Part shown: positions 18,510 to 26,015 of the stretch, piece by piece | How positions within the stretch are numbered: the stretch's first letter is position 1 | How the letters are laid out: the number at the start of each line of letters is the position of its first letter | Source of the DNA: a virus | Length of the DNA: 43,740 nucleotides | Strand: one strand, 5' to 3' | IMG/VR virus record: IMGVR_UViG_3300024988_000005 | Notes under the pieces: model-generated | Seen by the model: the letters and a program-made list of their open reading frames with translations, nothing else | What the model was told of the DNA's origin: nothing | Database searches by the model: none | Position numbers and translations under genes: made by a program

Positions 18510-18552
18510 GACCGTGTGCGGCGGGTTTCGGGATGTCAACGGGAAAGCGTGC
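18510..18552 (-). promoter_or_regulatory. Conserved late promoter-like element, copy C (upstream of capsid ORF)
   Basis: Minus strand reads GCACGCTTTCCCGTTGACA-N15-CACACGGTC. An ATG follows 4 nt later. Confidence 0.55.
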
Positions 18553-18712
18553 GCACCGGCGCCAACACCACCGGCACGGTGATCCAGCGCTTGCAGCGGT
18601 TGCAGCGGGCCTTGCTCTCGGTGGTGCCCAGACGAACCACGCGGGCGGTGAGCACGTTGTCCACCAGCAGCTTCTTGCCGCAGCCGGGGCAGCACAGGCC
18701 GTCGGTCTTCAC
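18536..18712 (-). CDS. Com-like zinc-ribbon protein (58 aa, GTG start; not in the supplied ORF track)
   Basis: My translation is VKTDGLCCPGCGKKLLV...ARCNRCKRWITV. The two CxxC pairs have spacing and flanks like Mu Com (CKNCNKLL...RCPRCKRHI). GTGA overlap with the upstream stop. Its own stop lies inside the TTGAC box of copy C. Confidence 0.5.
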   Translation of the reverse strand: MKTDGLCCPGCGKKLLVDNVLTARVVRLGTTESKARCNRCKRWITVPVVLAPVRTLSR

Positions 18713-19773
18713 GGCTGCGCTCCCAGCCGGTCGGCGATCTGGTACCAGGGTGCCAGCAGCTCGCTGTCGTGCAGCTGCCCGGCGCGGAACGCGTCCGCTT
18801 TCTTCTGGCCGCCGAGCACGGCGGTCTGGGTGCCGGCATCCTGCTTGCCCAGCCAGTCGAAGGCGCTCTGCTTGCCGGCACGGTCGGCGTCGGTCACCTC
18901 ATCGGCAAACACCGGCTGCAGGTAGCTGAGCGTGTTCGGGTGGGCCGGGTAGGGATGGTCGCCGGGCGGGTACACGCCAGGGCCCAGGCCATGCAGGTTG
19001 GCGGCAGCGTACAGGTCGCAAATGTCGTGCTTCGGGTGCATCGGGCTTAGCGTGAACTTCACGCCGATCACGTCCGGATGCTGCGCCACGCTGGCCACGT
19101 AGCTCTCGGTGTAGGCGCGGTTCGTCTCGGTGCGGATCACCCGCTGCGCGGCGTAGAGCACGTCGGCGGACGGGTTCACCAGCAGCTGCTCGGCGCGCGC
19201 GGCCAGCGTCGCGGCCTGCCGCGCGGCCATGCCCATGTTCAGCTCGGACGGCACCGGCGCGCCTCGGTCGATGAACTCCTGCGCCGCCTGGTAGCTGGAT
19301 TGCCCGCGCACGATGCCGTTCTCGATCGCCGCGCCCAGCTCGGTCTTCGCAGTGCTGGCCACTCGCCACAGCCGGTCGCTCAGCTGCAGGCCATCGGACG
19401 CGCGGAAGCTGGTGATCCAGGCCATGGTCTGGTTCACCAGCACATCCACGCTCAGCCCGGAGCCGCTCAGTGGCAGCACGCTGGCTCCGATGCGGGCGCT
19501 CTCCGGCAGCGCGCGGTACACGATGGCACGGTAGCGCTGCAGCAGCTCGTCGGTCTGGCCGCCCAGGAAGGCCCGCAGGCTGGGGATGTCGCCCGGCAGC
19601 ACGTCGCGGCCGCCGTCCTGCAGGCTGAGAAGCTCCAGCTTGATCGCGTTGGCGATGCGCTGCAGCAGGTCCTGCGCTGCCTTGGCCTCCTGCTCGCGGT
19701 AGGCGATCTGCCGCTGCCGCGCGGCGCGGCTGGCCTTGTCGATCAGCGCTTTCTGGGCGGCTCCGCTGGCCAT
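18709..19773 (-). CDS. Head morphogenesis protein, Mu gpF / SPP1 gp7 family (354 aa)
   Basis: VIRTETNRAY...HPKHDICD...PAHPNTLSYLQPV resembles the Phage_Mu_F signature. TGATG overlap with the portal stop. Confidence 0.65.
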   Translation of the reverse strand: MASGAAQKALIDKASRAARQRQIAYREQEAKAAQDLLQRIANAIKLELLSLQDGGRDVLPGDIPSLRAFLGGQTDELLQRYRAIVYRALPESARIGASVLPLSGSGLSVDVLVNQTMAWITSFRASDGLQLSDRLWRVASTAKTELGAAIENGIVRGQSSYQAAQEFIDRGAPVPSELNMGMAARQAATLAARAEQLLVNPSADVLYAAQRVIRTETNRAYTESYVASVAQHPDVIGVKFTLSPMHPKHDICDLYAAANLHGLGPGVYPPGDHPYPAHPNTLSYLQPVFADEVTDADRAGKQSAFDWLGKQDAGTQTAVLGGQKKADAFRAGQLHDSELLAPWYQIADRLGAQP

Positions 19774-21215
19774 CAGGGCGTGCTGGTGGTGGTGCTGATG
19801 TTGGTGGCGCTCTCGCCGGTGCGCCCGTTGCCGGGGGTCACCTTGACGATGGGCGCGCGGTTCGCGTGCGCCGGGTTCGGCGGGTTGGTGCCGTCGCTTG
19901 GCGGCGTGCCGCTGTCGCCGTTCGGGTATGGGTCGCCGGCGGCCTTTTCCTGCGCCTGGGCGCGCTCGGCGGCGGCGATGTCGATGCCGGCCGCCTCCCA
20001 TACCACCTGTTTTGGAAGGCCCAGCGCCTGCAGCTTCAGGGCGTGGTCGGCGCGCTGGTTCGGGGTGTCAGTGCGGCGCTCGGCGAACTCCACGCTGAAC
20101 TCGTAGGCGTCCGGGTTGCGGCCGCGCAGCAGCAGGTGCAGGCGGAAACCCTGCTGGTAGGTCCAGGCGGTGTTGTCCTGCAGCGCGTCGAGCTCGTCGA
20201 AGAAGTCGTTCTTCAGGTCGGCCAGCACGTCGCGGGCCAGCCCCTTGGTGTAGCCGAACAAGCCCTTCGGCGCGGGCGCGCCGGCAAAGAACGTGTCCAG
20301 CAGCATGTCCACGTCGGCGATCTGGTCCAGGTTGGCGTCGCCCTGCAGCGCGGTCACCGTGCCCTTGCGGTTCATGAAGTAGTCGCGGAAGTTGCCGGCG
20401 GCCTGGTCGCGCTCCACCTCCAGCTTGTAGTTGGCCAGATCTTCCGCGGCGGCGCCTTCCATCACATGCGACATGCGCAGCGGGGCGCGCATGCGGCGAC
20501 GTATCACCAGGTCTTCCTCGGTGCTGGTCAGCTTCTTCCACACCGCGCGGGTGGCATCGAGGTAGGGGCGGCCCATGCTGCCGAAGTCGTCGTAGTTGTT
20601 CGGCGTGAGCCGCGCATGGCTGATCTGCCACAGGGCGAAATGCACCGTGTCCTGCTCGGTGTAGATGTCGCGCTGGGTGAACGCCTTCTCCGGGTGCTCG
20701 AAGATGCCGGACTTGCCCACGTTCGGCACCATGGTCTCGGCGGGCATGCGCGCGCAGCTGATCACCTGCGACTGGCCGGCATCGAGCACCCACTGCATGC
20801 ACAGGTTGCCTTCCATCATCAGGCCGCGGATGTCGCTCTCCAGCTTGTCGCGACGGTCCAGGTGCAGGCGGCGGCAATAGCTGTCGAACTCGGTGGCCAG
20901 CCACTTGGGTTGGCCGGGCGCCACCAGCTTGATGCCGCCCTTGGCCGCGGCGCGGCTGGTGCGGCGGTGGATGGACTTCACGCGGCTGTCGAGCTGGTCC
21001 ATGTTGCGAATGTCCAGGATCACCGCGCGCAGCTCGTAATCCACCCAGAACTGGCGGTACAGGCGCTTCAGCGCATCCTCCGGCGTGCTGCGCCAGCCCT
21101 GTTCGCTGCTGCTGCGCGGCACCTCGCCGGTCAGCAACTGCTCGGCCGGCGTGTTGCCGGCGCTGGCGACGCTGGCGGTGGGTTTGCTGCCGAAGAGGCG
21201 GTCGATGATGCCCAT
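19773..21215 (-). CDS. Portal protein (480 aa)
   Basis: Call rests on size and position directly after the large terminase, and on the acidic/Pro-rich C-terminal tail. Confidence 0.6.
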   Translation of the reverse strand: MGIIDRLFGSKPTASVASAGNTPAEQLLTGEVPRSSSEQGWRSTPEDALKRLYRQFWVDYELRAVILDIRNMDQLDSRVKSIHRRTSRAAAKGGIKLVAPGQPKWLATEFDSYCRRLHLDRRDKLESDIRGLMMEGNLCMQWVLDAGQSQVISCARMPAETMVPNVGKSGIFEHPEKAFTQRDIYTEQDTVHFALWQISHARLTPNNYDDFGSMGRPYLDATRAVWKKLTSTEEDLVIRRRMRAPLRMSHVMEGAAAEDLANYKLEVERDQAAGNFRDYFMNRKGTVTALQGDANLDQIADVDMLLDTFFAGAPAPKGLFGYTKGLARDVLADLKNDFFDELDALQDNTAWTYQQGFRLHLLLRGRNPDAYEFSVEFAERRTDTPNQRADHALKLQALGLPKQVVWEAAGIDIAAAERAQAQEKAAGDPYPNGDSGTPPSDGTNPPNPAHANRAPIVKVTPGNGRTGESATNISTTTSTP

Positions 21216-21226
21216 GGCGATGGCTC

Positions 21227-22798
21227 CTATGCCGCGTGCGCGAGGAGCTTCTCGCGGCTGTGGCTCGTGGAAAGGATGATGGTGGGCGCGTGCGCGGTGC
21301 CGCGCGTGGCCAGCCCCCATACCGCGGCCATGGCGGCGTCGAAGCCGTCGTCGCCCAGTTTCGGGTTGGCCATCTTGTAGCTGCTATAGCTGGTCTTCGT
21401 GGGCTTGGCCACGATGTTCGGCAACTGCCGGGCGAACGCGCGCAGGTCGGCGGTTTCGCGGCAGGCCATGTCCTGGTCGTCGAAGTACGGCAGCACCGCG
21501 GCGTCGTTGTGGAACACCGTGCGCAGCGCGTGCGCCATCTGGTGCTTGGTCATGCCCTCGAAGCGCATCGGGCTGAACGCCCACTCCGGCCAGGTGCTGG
21601 CGGTGCTCTCGCCGTCGCCAATGGCGCGGCGGTCGATGTCGGTCAGGCCCTCGCGGAACAGCTCGTCGTTCAGCGCGGTGAGCATACCCACGCCGAAGGC
21701 GTCGCCGATGGCGTAGTCCGGGCGGAAGTACCGCCAGAACGCCACCAGGTCCTTCTGCACCTCCGGCTCACCGGTACCGGCCGGCCAGAACTTCACGAAC
21801 GGGAAGAAGATGAAGTTGCCGATCTGCTCGGCCACCACCAGCGCATGCTTCGAGCTGGCCGGGTTCTCGCCGTGGCCGGCGGCGTCGTAGCCGAAGCTGA
21901 GCACGCCGCGGCGCGGGTACTTCGCGCCGGGGAACGGCTCGGCCAGCTCCAGCCCGCTGCGCAGGCCAAGCTGCATGGCCGCGCGCACCTTGTTCTCCCA
22001 GATCAGGTTGCGGCTGCTGATGTTCTTGCACAGCAGCTGGCGGATGTATTCGTCGGGATCCAGCTCGGCCCGCATCTGCTCCATGAACTTGGCGTTGAGG
22101 ATGCCCAGCTCGATGCCAAGGTGCACGTCCACCGTGGGCAGCACGTGGTACTGCTCGCCGGCGATCATCTCGCTCAGCGTGTCGGCGCCCTTGAACACGC
22201 CGGTGATGCGGATCTCCGGCGTGTTCTCGCTGTCGGTGCTGGCGCCAAGGCGGCGCGTGGAGCCCATCATCAGCAGGAAGCGACCGTACAGCCGGTCGCG
22301 CGGCATGTCGTCCACCTCTTCCAGGCTGGCCATGGTGAGGTCGCCGCCGTCGACGTTCGCCATGATGCCGTAGGCACGCGCCATCGATCGGTTGGCGTAC
22401 TGGAAGTAGGTGTCGGCCATCTGCTGGCGGCCGCTGCGGTAGTTCAGCCAGGCGGTGAGGATGGGGCTGCGGCGGATCGCATCCAGGTGATAGTTCAGGT
22501 TCACCAGCGACTGCGCCTCACGCGGCGCCACGATGCCAAGCTCCTGGTCCGCCTTGGTGGCCAGCTTCATGTTGTTGTACATCTCCTTCACCGCCGTCTT
22601 TCCAGTGCGGCGGCTGCTGAAGTCGATGGTGTTGGGGTGCCGGTCCATCTCGATGCACTTGAGCACCTGCATCGGGTCCAGCGTCACGTTGTGCACGTGC
22701 TTGTGCCACAGCGCATGGTCATGGGCGTAACGCATCACCTCGCGCTCGGCCACGCTTTGCAACCGGTAGCGCTCGGCGCGGGAGATCCGCTCAGCCAT
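21227..22798 (-). CDS. terL: Terminase large subunit (523 aa)
   Basis: Walker A-like SSRRTGKT, Walker B-like LTMASLEEVDD, and a C-terminal nuclease-like acidic motif (GYDAAG, IGDAFG). Confidence 0.8.
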   Translation of the reverse strand: MAERISRAERYRLQSVAEREVMRYAHDHALWHKHVHNVTLDPMQVLKCIEMDRHPNTIDFSSRRTGKTAVKEMYNNMKLATKADQELGIVAPREAQSLVNLNYHLDAIRRSPILTAWLNYRSGRQQMADTYFQYANRSMARAYGIMANVDGGDLTMASLEEVDDMPRDRLYGRFLLMMGSTRRLGASTDSENTPEIRITGVFKGADTLSEMIAGEQYHVLPTVDVHLGIELGILNAKFMEQMRAELDPDEYIRQLLCKNISSRNLIWENKVRAAMQLGLRSGLELAEPFPGAKYPRRGVLSFGYDAAGHGENPASSKHALVVAEQIGNFIFFPFVKFWPAGTGEPEVQKDLVAFWRYFRPDYAIGDAFGVGMLTALNDELFREGLTDIDRRAIGDGESTASTWPEWAFSPMRFEGMTKHQMAHALRTVFHNDAAVLPYFDDQDMACRETADLRAFARQLPNIVAKPTKTSYSSYKMANPKLGDDGFDAAMAAVWGLATRGTAHAPTIILSTSHSREKLLAHAA

Positions 22799-23756
22799 TT
22801 TCGCCAGCCTGCTGCTTGTGCTCGATCAGCACCGGGTCGCGCACGGTGTTCTCGCGGCTGCGGGCGATCAGGTTGCTGAGGTCTTCCAGCGCCAGCGTGG
22901 TGCGCTTCTGGTACTCCAGCTGGCTCTCCTGCCGCTGCTGCTGGCCGGCCAGGTAGCCCACGGCATCCTCGGTGGCCTCCTTCGCCTTCGGCGTCATGCC
23001 CATGTCGCTCAGCGACAGGCCGATCTTCGCCACCCACTCGCCGATGCGCTTCAGCATCGGGTGCTCGGTCAGCACCATAATGGTTTCGCGCTCATGCGGA
23101 AGCAGCTTTCCGCTGTCATCGTCGCGACCACCTATCTGAGCCACATGGAAGCCGCCATCCTTGTCGTAGTACCAGGCTGGCGTCCTGATCGTGCTGCCGT
23201 CGCGGATCACGTCCAGGATCATCAGGTTGACGATGCTGCGCAGGTTGGCGTGCAGGTCCGCGTTCAGGTCGTTCAGCAGCTTCGGGTCGCCGGCGGTGAA
23301 CGCCAGATGGTGGGCGAAGTACAGGTCGACGCGCTTCTGGCAAGCCGTGGCGGTGAAGCAGCTGCTGAAGTATTCGCAGCCATCGCAGTCCGGGTATTTG
23401 CCCGGCCGCGCCGGCCAGTACGTGGCGGTGCGGGCGTTCAGCCCGTGCTTCAGGCCGTTGAAGCGCGTGCGTCGAGCCTCTTCCGGGGTGGGGTGGCCTT
23501 CCAGGTTCTTCGCCGTGCTGGCCAGCCCCTCGGCGGTCTTCGGCCCGGTGGCGTGTGCCCAGGCCTTCAGCAGGCCGCGCTGCTGGCGTTCCTGCTCGCA
23601 CTCCCGGCCACACTCGGGGCAGGTGCCCACGTAGCGCCAAGGATGCCATTCGTCTTCCGGCGCATCCTCCACGCGGACGGGCTTGGCCTCGAAGCGGTAG
23701 TCGCAGTCGAGGCAGTGGAACCGGACATCATCGAGGCGTGGCCGCAGCTTTCCCAT
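22791..23756 (-). CDS. Cys-rich protein in the small-terminase position (321 aa)
   Basis: N-terminal zinc-ribbon pairs (CLDCDY...CPECGREC). Overlaps the terL start by 8 nt. Assigned by position only. Confidence 0.3.
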   Translation of the reverse strand: MGKLRPRLDDVRFHCLDCDYRFEAKPVRVEDAPEDEWHPWRYVGTCPECGRECEQERQQRGLLKAWAHATGPKTAEGLASTAKNLEGHPTPEEARRTRFNGLKHGLNARTATYWPARPGKYPDCDGCEYFSSCFTATACQKRVDLYFAHHLAFTAGDPKLLNDLNADLHANLRSIVNLMILDVIRDGSTIRTPAWYYDKDGGFHVAQIGGRDDDSGKLLPHERETIMVLTEHPMLKRIGEWVAKIGLSLSDMGMTPKAKEATEDAVGYLAGQQQRQESQLEYQKRTTLALEDLSNLIARSRENTVRDPVLIEHKQQAGENG

Positions 23757-25122
23757 GCTGCATGACCGTGTGCGGGCTGGCGCCGCGGGTCAACGGGAAA
23801 GCGTGCGGGTGGTGTTCCAGCCGCGGGGCGAACCGGCGGCGCCGGGTGGCCGAATGCAGCCACGGGAACCTCTGGTGCAATGACTGCCGCAGCCGGAAGC
23901 TGCTGGCATGGCGCAGGTGGCCGGCATAGCTGGCCAGCGTGGACTGGACGCACCGAAGTTCGGCCGGCGTAGCCCGGATGAAACCGGCGCCGACGTGCCG
24001 TTGCTCCCAGCTAGCCAACGCCGATCGCAGGTGGACGGCAACGCGGCGGCGAACCAGCGTATGGGTGGGCCGCACCACGTAGCCGAGGAAGTCGATGCCA
24101 TCGGCCAGCGGGCGCAGGCGGATGTCGTCCTTCAGCACCAGGTGCAGCTCGCGCTGAAGGAAGTCGGCGATCCTGCGCTGCCAGTCGGCCAGCACCGCAC
24201 GGTCGTGGTGGACCAGCACGAAGTCGTCGACGTAGCGCACGTACCGCTTCGCGCGCAGGACGTGCTTCACGAACTGGTCCAGGCGATCGAGGTAGATGTT
24301 GGCGAACAGCTGCGAGCTGAGGTTGCCGATCGGCAGCCCGCAGCCCGGGGCAGCGTTGGCCAACCGTTTGTGTGCCGGCACCAGGGCGAACTCCGCTGGT
24401 GTGCCGCGCATCTTCACCCCGGCGGCCAGCGGCGGCCGGCGCAGCAGTGCATGGGTGGCGCGCTGCATGGGCAGCGGCACTGCATGCCGTTCCAGCACCG
24501 GCTTCAGGATGCGCCACAGCGTGGGCCGGTGGATCGAGTTGAAGAAGTTGCGGATATCGAGCTGCAGGTAGTAGCCGCCGCCCTGGCCGCTGTGCACCTG
24601 GCGGACGAACTGCTGCACGCGCCGCACGGCCGCATGGCTGCCCTTGCCGCGGCGGTTGGCATAGCTGTCGGCGATGAACCGCGGCTCCCAGATGGTTTCC
24701 AGGCGCGGAACCAGCCAGTGGTGTACCACGCGGTCGGCGAAGTCCGGCGCGTGGATCTCGCGCGCCTTGGGCCGCGTGGCCACGAAGCACACGCTGGGCC
24801 GTGGCCGCCACGTGCCGGCCTGCAACTCGCGCTGCAGCTGCAGCAGACCATCCGTCCAGCGGGCATCGAACGCGAGCTGGTTGCGGCTCGGCTGCTTTCC
24901 CCGGCGCGCCATGCGCCAGGCGTCATGGAGCGCGCGAAGCGAAACTGCCCCGGCGCCCGCCCCCTGATACTCACCGGCCGACACGACACGCACCGCCCGC
25001 ACGCAGGCCTTGTTGTTGCGGTCGTTGTTGTTGGCATTGCCGTTGTTGAAGTTGACGATCCACGCGCAGGACGGCGCCCACGCTTCCCCGCGAACTTGCG
25101 ACCTGGGCGAACAGTCCGGCAT
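23728..25122 (-). CDS. DGR reverse transcriptase (ORF as tracked is 464 aa; true start uncertain, possibly ATG at 24912)
   Basis: RT motifs: PKAREIHAPDFADRVVHH, ANRRGKGSHAA, LDIRNFFNSI, GLPIGNLSSQLFANIYL (the DGR-type IGxxxSQ) and RYVDDFVL (YxDD). The TR lies in the 5' extension of the ORF. Confidence 0.85.
   Translation of the reverse strand: MPDCSPRSQVRGEAWAPSCAWIVNFNNGNANNNDRNNKACVRAVRVVSAGEYQGAGAGAVSLRALHDAWRMARRGKQPSRNQLAFDARWTDGLLQLQRELQAGTWRPRPSVCFVATRPKAREIHAPDFADRVVHHWLVPRLETIWEPRFIADSYANRRGKGSHAAVRRVQQFVRQVHSGQGGGYYLQLDIRNFFNSIHRPTLWRILKPVLERHAVPLPMQRATHALLRRPPLAAGVKMRGTPAEFALVPAHKRLANAAPGCGLPIGNLSSQLFANIYLDRLDQFVKHVLRAKRYVRYVDDFVLVHHDRAVLADWQRRIADFLQRELHLVLKDDIRLRPLADGIDFLGYVVRPTHTLVRRRVAVHLRSALASWEQRHVGAGFIRATPAELRCVQSTLASYAGHLRHASSFRLRQSLHQRFPWLHSATRRRRFAPRLEHHPHAFPLTRGASPHTVMQHGKAAATPR
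23764..23806 (-). promoter_or_regulatory. Conserved late promoter-like element, copy D (upstream of packaging genes, inside the 3' end of the RT ORF)
   Basis: Minus strand reads GCACGCTTTCCCGTTGACC-N15-CACACGGTC. The ATG of the 321-aa gene begins 7 nt later. Confidence 0.55.
24973..25083 (-). repeat. DGR template repeat (TR)
   Basis: About 111 nt homologous to VR1 and VR2. The coding strand is AAC/A-rich (translates NFNNGNANNNDRNN). All mismatches to the VRs fall at TR adenines. Confidence 0.85.
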
Positions 25123-25140
25123 TGGAGTTGCGCGCCTTCG

Positions 25141-25578
25141 TCATGGATTGGCCCCTGCGAAAGAGGCGTCGCGGGTACTCAGTATCTGGGCACGCTCCGG
25201 CGAGGCATCGCACGCCGGATTCTGGCCCTTGGGGACTTGCAGTTGCCGCCACCAGCCGCCGGCCTGGCGGCCGAGATCCTCGGCCAACCGGATCAGCATC
25301 TCGAACTGGCGGAAGCTGGTGAACGCCCGGAGCTGGCTACCCATCTGCAGGCTCAGCTTGATCTCGTCGATCGCCCAGCGCAGCTGGTCGACCCAATGGG
25401 CCTGCCGCGGCCGGTCCCGCCATGCCCGGTGACACACGCGCACCACCGTCATGGCCTGCTGCCGCAGGTCCGTGCCGAGGGTGTACTTGTGATATCGGGC
25501 GAAGCCCCGAACCGCCTGCTCGATCTCGCGGAGCAGGCGTTCGGCGGTTCTCACGATGGGTGGCAGCGGATGGTTCAT
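25141..25578 (-). CDS. avd: Accessory variability determinant (Avd-like four-helix-bundle protein, 145 aa)
   Basis: Lies between the target genes and TR/RT, as in the Bordetella phage BPP-1 layout. Helical and basic, with an FARYHKYTLG...LRQQA motif typical of the Avd / 23S-IVS protein family. Confidence 0.7.
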   Translation of the reverse strand: MNHPLPPIVRTAERLLREIEQAVRGFARYHKYTLGTDLRQQAMTVVRVCHRAWRDRPRQAHWVDQLRWAIDEIKLSLQMGSQLRAFTSFRQFEMLIRLAEDLGRQAGGWWRQLQVPKGQNPACDASPERAQILSTRDASFAGANP

Positions 25579-25596
25579 GGGTTCAAAGAGGCAGAG

Positions 25597-25983
25597 TTAC
25601 TGACCGGCCGACACGACACGCACCGCCCGCACGCAGGCCTTGTAGTTGCGGCCGCCGCTGGAGGCACTGCCGCCGCTGAAGCTGACGATCCACGCGCAGG
25701 ACGGCGCCCACGCGCTATCCGTGCTGGTCCAGTACCAGTCGTTCTGGGTATCGGGGAATGCCTCCACGTCGATCGCCGGGCGGATGCGCGAGCGGTCGGC
25801 CAGCAGGAACAGCTCCTCGACGGTAGGCATCCGCCAATCCTTGTGCCCCGCCACATCGAGCTTCTTCGCCGCGGCGATGGCCTGCTTGTGGGTCTTGCCC
25901 GTGGCGACGGTGGCCTTGGTCCACATCAGGCCGGTCAGGGTATCGGTTACGGTGCCGTCGCCGTTGTCGGTGAATCGCTTCAT
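25597..25983 (-). CDS. DGR target protein 1, DUF1566 / C-type-lectin-fold (128 aa)
   Basis: TGLMW..., DWRMPTVEEL, WYWTST and ...ACVRAVRVV are DUF1566 hallmarks. AGGAGCACACC SD precedes the ATG at 25983. The C-terminus is VR1. Confidence 0.8.
   Translation of the reverse strand: MKRFTDNGDGTVTDTLTGLMWTKATVATGKTHKQAIAAAKKLDVAGHKDWRMPTVEELFLLADRSRIRPAIDVEAFPDTQNDWYWTSTDSAWAPSCAWIVSFSGGSASSGGRNYKACVRAVRVVSAGQ
25603..25713 (-). repeat. DGR variable repeat VR1
   Basis: Collinear with the TR (offset 630 nt). By manual alignment there are 12 substitutions, all opposite TR adenines. Confidence 0.85.
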
Positions 25984-26015
25984 GGTGTGCTCCTGGTAGA
26001 GATCAAAGAGGCCAA

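Noticed and set aside
15896-18511. 871-aa plus-strand ORF antisense to the capsid gene. Similar long plus-strand ORFs occur at 5689-7593, 2700-4298, 23908-26022, 21236-22879, 19866-21380 and 28183-29673.
   Set aside because: The translations are Arg/Gly/Ala/His/Val-rich low-complexity sequence typical of the antisense frame of high-GC genes. They mirror well-supported minus-strand genes, lack SD sequences and carry no motifs.
23728-25122. RT considered as a retron or group II intron reverse transcriptase.
   Set aside because: The adjacent TR/VR repeats with adenine-only mismatches, the avd gene and the IGxxxSQ motif all point to a DGR. No msr/msd-like inverted repeats or intron domains were seen.
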